Assembly: GCA_040954595.2 (NCBI GenBank)
Contig: CM082579.2
Span: 5,018,879 to 5,082,878, forward strand
Direction of reading: 5' to 3'
DNA from: Balanoglossus misakiensis
Lineage: Eukaryota; Animalia; Hemichordata
Length of the DNA stretch: 64,000 bases
Numbering within the stretch: the first letter of the stretch is position 1; every line of letters begins with the position of its first letter. The translations under genes and the position numbers were made by a program. The notes beneath the pieces are model-generated. The model saw nothing but the letters and a program-made list of their open reading frames with translations, was not told the origin of the DNA and did not search any database. Below, one piece after another: positions 1 to 12,800 of this stretch.

Positions 1-31
1 AATGTTGCGAAAAGTAAAGCTTGGTACACAC

Positions 32-183
32 CTCATCTTGAGCGAGGGCTAAGCGTTGCTGTTTAACAGCATAAATTTCCTGCTTGGCGTGTAAATCGTC
101 TTGTGCAGTGAGGAGGTACTCTTTCAGCATTTTCTCTTGGGCTTGCCGCCATTCTTGTCTTGGGTCATCGATTTGATTTCTCT
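32..183 (-). CDS. KIBRA: KIBRA/WWC coding exon 4 (end of WW2, start of coiled coil)
   Basis: Acceptor tttgcag|AG AGA AAT at 184/183 in phase 1, completing CAG (Q) with the previous exon. Encodes [23 protein letters not shown]...[11 protein letters not shown]. Probable donor GAG|gtgtgt at 32/31 is the less certain boundary. Confidence 0.92.
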
Positions 184-3100
184 CTGCAAATTACACACAA
201 AAACAAATAGGCCGTTATTACAGAGTGGTAACAAGACAGAACATACCTTCAGTTATAAAATCTCACATTGAAATACAGTGTACCTGTTTTTTTCTCCCAA
301 ATGACCTACTCTGGAAATCAAGTATGTTTACATGGGACATTCTTTTCCAAAAATCAATTCAATATGACTTGAAGGGGACTTGATGGTGAAGAATCGAACG
401 GCGGCATTAGTGAAGACGCGAACCATTTCGTTCAAAAAGCTTTACTCAGTACAAGTGCTCTGCCGACTGGCGTCAAAGTCAGAACGCAGTTTAAAGATAG
501 ATACGTCCACTCCCTTCCGAGAAGTTCCACAGGGATACAATTTCATCACTGAGCCGAATCTAACACGGATGATGTTTCACAAAGAGATTTACTGCGACCT
601 GCGTCAACAGATTTATCTCCCGTGGGAGAGCATCTTCAGACGTCACCGTTTCGCGTTCAGGAACGGGACTTGCGAGATGCCAATTACCCTGCTTGGAGTC
701 CTCCTCCTACATTCTGACACAGATCTGCATATTCGGTGATTTTAGCGAGAAGCAAGGCCGGTCACAGCAGTTTACGAGTTGAGATTCACGGATACACAGG
801 ACAAGGCACTTGTCTCAGCTTCAGGTGTTTAAGAATGCCCTATTCTCAAGCGAACAGGCTTCATACTCATTTTGTTCACCCATAACCTGGTCTTTCTTAA
901 GTCATACTCATGGGCCTTTTAACCACTGACAAGGGAGTGTGTAATTTATAGCAAATTCCTTGCCCTTGGGAAAGGGCGTACCTTCAAATAAGTCTGCAAG
1001 ATTTAAAAAGGGTGGAGGGGAGTTCCATGTCACACTTCTTATAGAAAGCCAATCTTATAATCTGCTCTTCATGAACACTGAAAATCATATTTTCTCCCCA
1101 TGGCTTGTACTGTTGGCCAACGACAAAGGAAAGACTACAGACGGTTTGAGTCGCATTGTGTGTGTCACTCTTCTCTCTCTCTCATTGCATTGTGCTTGTT
1201 GGTATGCAGGGCATGGCCAAGACAAATACCTGTCTTGGTTCATGCATATTTATGAACCACGCCAAGCACACTTCGAGCCAAATCGCTGGCGTGGGGCAAT
1301 ATATCCAGTAGCTGGCTTGTATCAGAGTGTGCACGTGCAGTTGTGGACAGGTACAGAATATACGTGTATTAGTCATGGTTCTCAATCAGACGACACATCC
1401 CTACAGCCCTTGGCCAATCACAGCACCAAACTATAACCTGACCCATCAACCAAACCATTCGGAAATCAGCACCCATAAAGTCACATGATTATACAATCAC
1501 GGAAGTGCCCTGAAAGCATCTTTAAATGAAATAAAAAAGTAAGATGAGTCTATTTATCAAAAGACCATTGATAAATTGCCTAAACTGTCTTTAGCACTTA
1601 AAAAAAGACCGCAGACAAAAAAAACCCGGGCAGATAAAAAAAGAAGATCTACAGCCCGTAATTACCATGTGCTAAAGAGCAGAACGACTAAAGCAAAATG
1701 ACGATTTAGCTCAGGTCTTTAACTCTCTCTCTTGGGGTTTGAATGGTCTCCACCTCGCCCTATCCCATGGGAAAGTGCCTTAGGTGAAAAGTACAGACAA
1801 CTCAAGTGTGACTCTGGCACCCATTCTCATGTCCTGAAAAAGACAGGTGTGCAGTTGACTGTGGTGCACTGTCAGGGTCTTTCTCAGTGTCACGGTCACG
1901 CGCGCGCGTCATTTCGTTTACGCACGGGGTGATTCGGATCCGCAACGCTGGTTTCTCATCCATACACAAAATTACAGGGTGTGTGCGATGCAAACACCGG
2001 CTCCTGTCGTGTCAGCGAGGGGGCATGATGCTTTCACAAGAAATCATGTGAGGGGGGATTTTGATTATGGGTTTGAAATGATTTTGGAACGCGTCCAAAT
2101 TTTTTTCAAAAAGTGGAGTCGTCGACGCCAGTGAAACAGTAATATATCACGCAATTCCCCGCGACGCACCACCACACACGGGACATAACCATCACTCATG
2201 CTTTTTCCCCCTATGAAACATATGACTTGTTTCTTTGTATGCAATATGTTCATTTCTGTTTAGTGGTTACCACGGAGATCACGGCAAATCGCTGCATTTT
2301 TATGGCAGGAATCAACCACTAAAATGCAATCTCTCGGCAAAACGAAAAACTACCGCCCGGAATATTAATTGCCTGCAGCTGTGCCCATCTTTTGCGCTAA
2401 AACGTTGTCATTCTAGTGCGATAAAATGACAATGCCTTTATTTCGCGCTAGAATGACAACGTTTTTTTTAACACACCCTGAGTGAAGGCCAGTGGATAGA
2501 ATCCCTGGCATTTTCCTCTGTTGCCGTGGTGATCCATTGTTGCGCTGCGACCAGACGCCAGGCAAAGTGCTGTAATTGAAGGGATAGGCAGTGGCCACTA
2601 AAACACCAAACGTCTTTGTTGTCACTGTGTGCTTGGGGGAGGCAGTGATGGCCAACACGTTATATCAAACCGCGGCCAGACAGGCCAAGCCCACTGAACA
2701 TAAAAATTATCATCAGAATACCAGAGTCAAATGCCACACCACACTTCACTGCACACACGGCTTTTGTCTTTTTTTTCTCAATTTTACATTTTAGTGCCAT
2801 TGATTTCAAGGTAAGGTTTTACTGCTGAGGCTTGGGTTAAATTCTTATTAATTTTACAGGATTGGCCCTTAGAGGTTCTTTTTACGATCACTTTTTAATT
2901 TACAGGCAACGCGTGGTTTTTCACAGTGAGTTCTCAGCCTCAGTTTTTGTGATGTCATCAGATGGCTGTCTGAGCTGCCAGCAGAATAAGCAACACACAA
3001 GCCGTGACTGCTGCCATACAAAAACAGACACAAAGTTACATCACTCTTCTCTGTGAATGCTTTTTTTCTGCCGACCACGTTTCAAGGCACGTGTGCGGCA

Positions 3101-4734
3101 GCCTTGGCAAGGTACCTGTCACACACACCAGCGTCCAGGTGACCAGCCAAGAGCGTTGATTCTCCAACCCATTCAGACAACCCCACGGCTTTGGCATAGT
3201 TGAGATATCTGCATTTGAAGATGCATTCACTGTGCCCACGGTACCAAGGGCATGCCCTGCTGGCTAGAATAAATCTACCATTCTCCTAGATCCTACACTA
3301 TCGAATCACTTTCCTAATCCCTGCCACGTCAATGTTACAGAACTATTGGCAATTGAGATGGCGCTCAAAACTATGTAGGACGTTATTTTGAAGCTCTGAA
3401 GTCACATCCACAGTTACCGTCTTGGCAGATTATAGCTTCTGGTTTTACTTTTTTATTCGGGGGTGAGGGTGGTGGTGGTAGTGGGGAGGGGGTTACAGAA
3501 TTGGCTAATATAAAGGAACGCTGGCTGGATTTGAAATAGGAGTTTTCAACATGTCCACAACATGTCAACAATTTGCCCTTGTTGTTGTTGTTGCGTGTTT
3601 TACGATGCAGAGCGCGGAATGTCATTTTTTGCAATTGAGATTGTACTTTCAGTTCACTACAACATGTCCCAACCTGCCTGCAGAGCTGGTATGCGCGAGG
3701 AATTTGGTATGAACACACAGGTAAAAGTGCCTCTTTTCTTCCATTCCACACTAATCCCACAAAAGACAGCCACGTCGAATATCTAACACTTTCTGCTGAC
3801 AATCATCGAAAAACCATTTTTTTCATAATGGCCACAGCACTTGCGCAGAACCAATCAAGAATGTCTCTTCCAGAACCTCGCAAGCATATCTTTAACAACT
3901 CAACTAAAGGCAAAAAAAAAACATGCCTGACTGAACAGCTATCGAGCTCGTAAAAAAAGTTCCAATACACTAGCACTTTCCCCCCAAGCAACATAATTGC
4001 TCCAGTACCAACCACACAGGCATCCTACAGGTATTGAAGTTTTCTCCAGATATTCTAGTGAACGATCCCAGTAAGCTTCAACTATCTGTAACAGATGTAA
4101 TCCTCTCCCACGGTCTTTCCAATTGCTTCCAATCAACTCTTAAAACAAACGGCTCAAACGCAACAGGAAAATCCCCGAAAGCTTAACTGTGACAATACTA
4201 CAGAACGTTCACTGCAAACAAAGCCTGCGCTCACTGTCTTCGGATCAGCTCTTGAATACCAATAGTCCTCAGTTTATTAAAACATAAAGACTCCTTTTTT
4301 TCGGTCTCTCTGTGTCCTGAAAAGGATGTGCGTCATCTTCAACAGGATGATCTCCCCTGATAACAATACTATCACATCACGCCATGGTAGACGTGCCAAG
4401 TTCTCGATCAGAATCCTTCCATGGGATCGATAGATGAGTGAGAAATGTTGCACGATGGAGAGAAAACAGTGGGTCTCGATCCATGTATTTTTTTTCACAT
4501 CAGCCCTTGTTGACACACATTAGTTATTTACACAATATTACAAGCAATTATTCAGTTCTGTCAGCACTTGGCCGCTACCCATAATACTTTCCTTGTGTGT
4601 AATCGTATCCAGTTGCAAACCCTCGACAATGGGATTTGAGCCACGAACTAAGAAGGCCAAAGAGAGTCTACGACACTTCTGAAAAAAATCCTGGATTTTT
4701 TAATGTATCATAAGAAACGAAAACCTTTACTTAC

Positions 4735-4803
4735 GACTGATGTGGTCAACATAATATAGTCCTAAATGTCCATCAAAAACTTCTTCCCATCCAAATGGCA
4801 GTT
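4735..4803 (-). CDS. KIBRA: KIBRA/WWC coding exon 3 (WW2 core)
   Basis: ctctgcag|AA CTG CCA TTT GGA TGG GAA GAA...CAC ATC AGT C|gtaagt; 69 nt encoding (E)LPFGWEEVFDGHLGLYYVDHIS(Q). Confidence 0.95.
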
Positions 4804-5300
4804 CTGCAGAGAGATGGAATAAAGACAGTGCAAACTTAATTTCAGTAGTGGCTGTAATTTCATGGATACGACAGAGAGGGGATACACCTGTCAAAACGGC
4901 CAATCAGCTTAGAATAATGTTTAGTGTCTATCAAATTTTGACAATTGCATTTTGTTTTGGACTTACCCCCCCCCCCCCCCCAATGCAACGTGTACCGACT
5001 GAAGCCATGTCCCCCATTCAACAACTCAAACATGTTTAAAACACAATGCGCATTGAAATACGTCCTCCATTTTTGCATTACAAATGACACGTGTACACAC
5101 ACATGGTTTCTAACAACCGACACTTGATAAGTGCAAACACGTCTGCCACTCCGAGGTATGCGTCCAAGATTTTTGTTCTTTTTTTTCAAAATGTGAGGAA
5201 TTTATCTGCACAAAAGCTAGCAAACAGAAGTTGGATCACTGAATCTGAGAATAAGAGATGCCTGTATTTTATGATTGGGGAAAAATCTTCTGGTACTCAC

Positions 5301-5341
5301 CATTTCCAATGCAATCGGCAAAAGACTGGGGTTTGGTTAAC
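5301..5341 (-). CDS. KIBRA: KIBRA/WWC coding exon 2 (41-nt WW1-WW2 linker)
   Basis: tgtttacag|G TTA ACC AAA CCC CAG TCT TTT GCC GAT TGC ATT GGA AAT G|gtgagt = (R)LTKPQSFADCIGN(E), matching the KIBRA TKPxTFADCI linker. Phases 2 and 1 fit both neighbours. Confidence 0.95.
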
Positions 5342-6838
5342 CTGTAAACAATACAGAATAGAAACAAGGTCAATACTCTAGATACTTGAGATGGGCTGGT
5401 GAAAACTGACGACTTCTTTCTCCAATATTTTTATTCTCTAGATCAACTACTTTCCTGCTTGTGTGTGCAGTCCATAAGTGGACAATTATGACAATTGGGA
5501 AAGAACAAGTTTTTGTTAGAGTTCAACTGAATGTTGTACTCAAATTAGCGGCTTCCTCGTGTCAAAGCACAAATTTTTCTTCAAATCTCCAAACTTTTGT
5601 TTAAGGGGAAGGAAGGGTTTGAGGTCAATGCAATTAGTTGTTTCAAAAATAATCCTGGGTGTGTTTTAATTATCCACAGCCCCTACAAGCGACTCACTTG
5701 CAGTCTTTTGTTCTCGACACTTCTTGGCGGGAGAAGTTATTTATGGGTGTTCTATTAAAGGAACCCAGTTGCCATCCTAATGTTACTTGGTGATTATTCA
5801 CCGCAAGAAGTTATTACTGCTCTGCCTTATAAATCACGGTAAATCACTGTCTTCTTGCAGAACGGCCCTCGCCATGCTTGTGGCTATGCAAATGCTTGAA
5901 AGGCATCATTTGTGGTGCATACCAGATATTATGTTGCTGAATTATTTGCATTACATGTATGTTCTTCTATTCTCGTACAAGGAATGAAACTACGCTTATA
6001 TTAAATATAGATGAGCAAAAAATGCAAACAACAGAATAATTTGTCCATTTACACTGAAAGACCTTGGAATCTAATCGAGAAGATCTCTCACCACACCCTG
6101 AAGACAGGTGTGACGGTTCATAACCCCCAACCCGTTGAGAAACCAGGAGGTTAAGACCAAAGACTGATAGTTGTCCACATAAAAAGAGTTAAACAAATTC
6201 CAACCCATCCAAAATGCTTCAATAGCCCGTGCCCCTGGGCTATGTTACTATCTCTGTAGCAATTTATTCTGTCTGTGACATTTGCCTTGGAGCCACCATC
6301 TTAACACAAGAATGATGCACTCACTCCCCCAAACAGATGGCCTGTTTCTTTTGTCTTCGCGCAATGCACGCAGGGAAGTCAAACCTAGTGACCAGGTCAA
6401 AGGTCAATGACATTTTCCCAATTCTTGTAAAATTACCCGTTTTAATGTCAGAGATACATAAACTTGTATCGGAGTTGAAAATTCTACATGGACAATATTA
6501 GAATGGAATTCATATGTTGTTATACACACGACAATGTTGTTCACTGATCCCATCATATGATATGTGAAAATATGTAATGCATGATGCCTGACGCAGTGAG
6601 ATTCCTGCGAGGCCGACAACCACTTTTCATTTTTTTTGCAATAACTTGCTGTTCAAGGGGGCGTTATCTGAAGACTGGAAGAATCGTTGGCAAACAAATT
6701 ATTTGAAGTGATAACTGCCTTGTGCATGTGATGATACTGGCTATATTTTTCGGCAATGGTTTGCTCGGTGTGGGCACAGATTCGAGTTCTGCGCAACGGA
6801 CAGCGTGCTTCTGACCCAGTGGACTAAAGGTCATGTCA

Positions 6839-9800
6839 GGAATGTTGGCTATCTTGCGTTAGTTGGCGAAGACTAAATCATTCCACGGCTATTTGCGCTG
6901 AAGACACACCACCACTGGCACACACGAAAAAAGAGGTCTGCCTTGCCTTCGTTCCAATTTCCCAACCCATGCTGCTTAGCTGCTGTGACACGGTTGCGTC
7001 TGACCTACTTACGAAACTTCCCCCTTTTATAACCGACGAAGACAAAGAAAAAAAGGGGGGTTGGCGTTTTTTGTGAGGTGTAATTGACATGCTGGACTGA
7101 TACACATTGACTAATCTAAAGTCTTTAGTTGAGGGTTTTGTGGTTGCAGTTTCTTAAGGCGACGCATTCCTTTCTTTTCAAAAGCGATCTCTAATTTGCA
7201 TCAGGCCTTGCATTGCCTGATTGCACACGATGTCTCTCTATCTCTGTCTCTCTCTCTCAGGAAAAGGAATCTAGGAAGACATTCCTTGTTTATTTAGTGA
7301 ATACACATCTACAGAAAAAAAAGTAAGGCAACCCAGTTGCTGCCACTGTAAAGCACATCCCAAGCCCACTCAGCAAGAAACCAGCATTATACCAAAGAGA
7401 AAGGCATTGTACGACATTTTTCCCCGCCGCATTGTCAAAAACCTAACAACAATATCCACTGCACCTCTTTTGAAAATGCACTGCTATCAGCCTTTTTTGG
7501 TATAGATTTACAATAAAATATTCATCGATTGTGTTCATGCCCCTCATGCACAATACAGGAAGGGGGTCGTGGCATGTGGGTGTACCATTTGTGTGTGCGA
7601 GAGATGACAAGAATTTGATTTTCAGTTTTTGCTGACTTTATTATACATGATCAAACACCACCATGTGGGGGTGGGGTTTATAGGCAAATTTCTATGAGGT
7701 CATACTGTAAAAAAAAAATTTTTTTTGCGAGATCCACCACTTATGACAATACATCAACCATCTGTGCAGTATTAAAAATCTTTTACAAATAGAATTATCC
7801 TGACAAGGAAGGTAGGAAAAGAAGGCGATCAGCTTACCAGATAAAGAGCTTTGGTGTAAATCTATGTTCAAGCTTAAATTCCCATCACACCTTTGTGCTT
7901 AGAGTTAAAGAAGTGCTGACATGGCAGAACACAATTATTCACTCACTGACTATCGGAAACCACAAACCAGTTTTACGTATATTGACAGTGTAACCTCTTT
8001 GCCAAAAATACTCTTTTTGGGTCATTTTTTCCCTCTCAACAATAATTTGGCACACAACCAAGGAATGCTCATTTTATTCACATCGGAATGTGTCTCGGCT
8101 ATTTTTATCAACACCGACCAGGGTCAAAAATTATGCGCTTGGATTTTTCCTCCTCATCAAACGCTATTTATGATTGGTATGAAATTAATTCCATAAACGA
8201 AAATGCCAGACTGGGTATATTTTTACCCGTGACGGTCGATATCTACAATATCAGATACAGATATGACTTCATCACGGGGGAATTGAAAGAAAGAAAAAAA
8301 AATGCTGGAGTGACGAGCTTGTCTCCCAGTCGACTGTATCTCGGTTGAGTAGGTGCTTAAGAGTGTTGGACCACATTCCAACAAGGAGAAAGTCCATTGG
8401 GCAATCTTAATTGGAGAGAGCAAGCGCGTCTTGTGACTGCTTCTCTGCGTGTCGACCACTGAACAGACTTTGCACTTCACAGCGGCAATCAAGTCGTACC
8501 ACCGCCGGATTCTCGAACTCCTGATAAATATTTCGACATGGTTTCACGGAAAGGGGAAACAGAAGTCTCAGATGTGTACATGCAGCCAATGTGGCTTGAG
8601 CCTGGCAATAATTCCAGTGCCTTATTTTGTAGATCAACTACACATTCTTGAGAGTTCTTCAATATATTTATTGCATAAATGAAGTTTTCTTCTTCTAAAT
8701 CCCTCTCCATTCTACAATGAGGCTCTTTTATATTTCGATTGGGTTTTGCCCACGACGAACAAGGTAAAAGGCAAATAAAATGATCTTAAAGACTTCTGAA
8801 GGGGGGGGGGGGGCGTAAAGATGAAAGGTAACCCGGCCTACTTTCGTCAAGTTGGTGTCACACGGCTACCAAAAAACACGCAAGGCTGCATCAAGAGACA
8901 TTCCAAATCCCTTATACACCAGTGGTGTGCAGTTCACCACGTTCTTGTCCATTTTATCACCACAAGGTACGACAAAGGCCGAAGACAGTCACCGTAGGTG
9001 TGACAGACAAAAGCTGATGGGAGTCGCTGGTACTAATTACCTTGGACTGACGATTTGTTTTGTTGTTGTTTGGGCTGGGAGGAGAAAGGTTTCTGTAGTT
9101 GTGCTGTGCTGTGTTGCGTTGCAGAGCACGGATGGGCCTGTCTTCGCGCTCATCAGGAGCCGACAGGATATCTCCTCGTCATAACAACGAAGTATGTACT
9201 GTACACATTAGCGTACGATCAAGTTTCCCACCAATTCCTAATTGCGAAGGAAGGAGGAGGGGGGGGGGGGGGTGTGAACTGCATACATGTACCTCCCACC
9301 CCCAGCGCACCACTGCATGTCCAACCCTCCCTCCCCTGCCTCCTGACACCCTCCTCCCCAAAACACACCAGCTGCGATTCAATCTCACCCGCTGGGAGGG
9401 AAAAACACACCGAAACCAAATAATCAAAACTCTCACCTTTGGGGTAACGCTTGTAAGTAGTACACCACCATGAAGATACATGTACATGTACTTGTGTGTC
9501 ACAGACAAACACACTGGAACCCCCGAAGTATTGAAATAGTGTGGGTCGGAATGCCGCTGCTATGTGTATAAAACACTCGGGTGATACCATTCGAGATACA
9601 GGAGGGCAGCCCTTTACTGCAAGGGCACATAGCTCTGAACACTGAGTTTACGCATGCTGGACATTCAATGCATATATCATTAGCTACTCGCGGAATTGTT
9701 GGCGAAATATTTGCCTTTTTATGAGACAGAACACATAACAGTGTTTTTTCCTCATATTTATCGCTCTACTTATATGACACTCCTTTTGATGTGTTTTCAC

Positions 9801-12800
9801 AAACAAACTTTCACCTCAGATATCGCCTGCTCATATTACTTATTTTACTGTAAATATTCATTTCACTGCTTCATTTAACTATGGAATGACAGTTTTTGAA
9901 ATAGCTTCTCGGAGCACCTAATTTCAACATATGGCCACATCGTCCTACCCTGTTATATTCGGTAACCAGCAAATCTCAGTGTATTATGTGTTGGCCATCA
10001 TAAACAGGACTTATTGCTATTATAAATTAACGTGGCATGTAAAATCCAGGTGCCACTGAATCAATCTGTAATTGATATTTTCATGAGGTTACTGTAAATC
10101 TGAGGACAATATGTGTGTGTATGTGTTTGGTGGAGTGTGTACCTGCAATGAACACTACACTTCACAGGTCTACATGATATGCAAACAGAAAAAACCCACT
10201 TTTAAAACATGAACTGATTAGTTTCTGAACACTTGATAGAAATCAGCTAAACACTAAAACTGTCGTCAGAAACAAGTGTAAATGGTTATGAACATCACAT
10301 TTTTGTTAAAAAGACCAGTCCACAAGGGAAATACTTGGAACTCATAAATAACAAATATGCCAGCTATTTTCTACCTCACTGCTCAAATGGTACAGTCATT
10401 TTAACTGATGATATTCTTTCTGGGTTTTATTTCAATAATTTCTTTTAAAAACGCAATCCGCTTTCCATTTCTCTGCGGTTAGATTTCAATTGCTCCGCAT
10501 ACTTGGAATTAGAGGCTAGTTGACCCCATGACCCCTACCTAGCGCATTTTGTAGCAGATACTTGTGGTATTTCTGCACCCCAAATATCTGGCTACTGTGT
10601 TATACGGCTGAACATGTCTGGAATTCGGATGAACTATACTGCCTGAATTCAGGCAGTCTTTTGTTCGAGTACTTGCTAAACCGTTCTTTTTTTTTCTTTC
10701 GAAAGTTGACAGATTGATACTGTCAATCAGCTGGCCATGGAAAGACCAGAGTGGGAGAAAACAGTTTCTCTCGTTTCAGTGTCAATACCTCTCCACAGTT
10801 TACCGTGTTTACGGGTCATTCTGTGGCATGTCTTACTCTGTCATTTCACCCGACCCTGGCATCTGGTGACGACAGTGCGACACAGCAGCAACCGAAAACA
10901 ACACAAGTCTTCGTGGAATTGCGACGCGCGGGCAGCAATGGCAAAGACTTGCGGAATTTTGGCAGGCAGTAATACAGTAACACACTGTACACAACCAGGC
11001 ATTTTCCAGCACCAAGGCCAGTCGGTGTTGGACAGCGGTCACTCTAATGGCCAGGACGGGACATGTCACACGTCACCGGGATGTTTAGTCTTTGCTGTGA
11101 TATGCAAGCACATTGGGGAATGCGAGTGACACACAACTATGCCATAACTGTCGCCTGTCAAGGCTGTTTTGCTTGTTATCAGACGCAGTCCTGATTCCAT
11201 TCCACATATTCTTTAAATTGTCCTGTCAGTAAAATGTCTTCCTCATCAGGGGGAGGACTGGCTCCAACTGATGCTCCAGAAATTAAATTTTGCTGGCTCA
11301 AAAAAGAACAAAAAACAAACAAACTTTTAATCTACATTTTAAGGTACATGTATGTCGCAGGACTATCATTTTTAAAGTTAATTACTTTCATTCAGGTATG
11401 ATACATCATACAACTTCCTAAATGCCAAAACGTGAAGACAACCCCCCAAAGCGTGCTACAGGGGTAGGAAAGAATGAAAACCAAAGTTCAGTCTGTTGGA
11501 ATGCGCAATTCATTCTCGTTATCCCGGGATCAGTTGTAATAATTTATCTCCTGTAACGATGCGGCCATCCTCATTTTGCACGGCAACGCCATGCTGATGT
11601 ACGCAGAACCCCCGGGTGCCAAACATGCCACCTATGTTCGCTTGGGGGTCCGAAGAATGTCAAACTGCGAGAAGCAGTTATCTGCGGTATTGCCGACCAG
11701 GACTGTTGTTGTTGAAAAAAGAGAAAACTCATCACCTTTTTGAAGTATGCCTGGATGGCGTATGATCGAAATGCCTGCTTGTGGCAATAGAGCCATGAGT
11801 ATGTCCACAATGTTCTAGATCTGATGATAGTGACAGATTATACAGTGCCTTGCCAAGACAGGCAGACCAGCTGGGAGAGAGTGTCAGAGATAACTGAACC
11901 CAGCTAGGGGGGTACATTCCCAACGTCACCTGCACGGAACATACACCTGCATGTATCCAAGATATCGCACTTTTAATGCAGGGAACTATATTTTTTTCCA
12001 CTGTCATTCCAGACCTCCAAAAGACTTGGTTAGGTGTCCAACACGCGTGCGTAATGTGGCACCTTCCAGTCAGTAAGTAGAGAACCCATCCAGACCAAAT
12101 CCATTGTTTTCTATGGAAAGGTTGGACCTCTACAGAGGGAACTGGGAGTGAAAGAGTTAAAAACACTGATCCTTCCTCCAGTGCCACCACCTGTTGCCGC
12201 TCAAACTGACATACTTTCTCCCCCAAAAGTGTGCAACCAACAGTTTATACTGATAAACCGATAATTTTAATCTCCGATTGATGTCTATGTGGTGCGACAG
12301 CTGGAAATACACAATGCGCTGGGGGCTTGTCATGCCCCATCTGTACGATAAACCAAACATTGTATAATTTTGGTCACCATAGGAACTGGTAAATTGCAGA
12401 TTCCCTCGGAGAAATTCATATTTATGGCCAGATACGGATGTCTGCTCGATTTAATGGGGATTGATTAAGGGTTACCATGGCAATGAACAAATACCTCGTT
12501 ATGTTGTCCACATCTCTTTGAAAATGCACGGCGCACACCCTTTGCCCATTTGCGTCAGAACAATTCAAAATCAACATCACCGGTTTGTCGGAAATGAGAG
12601 TCTAATTGGGGACAGTGAAGTTCACGGTCAACACTGAATGAGGGACGGAGATTTCGTGAAATATATTAACAATGTACATTCCACGACCTCAACTCCCACG
12701 CCTTATCCTCAAATGACCTACAAATCGGTCCTGGCCAACGTGAGAAATTTTAGGATGTTAGAAAAAGAGGAAACATATCAACGCTGGAGAGTTTTGAGTG

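Noticed and set aside
4966-4981. Long C/G homopolymers (also ~8800, ~9260, ~16010, ~38010, ~43465) giving poly-Pro/Gly ORFs or G-quadruplex candidates
   Set aside because: Simple homopolymer runs scattered through introns, with no structure beyond that.
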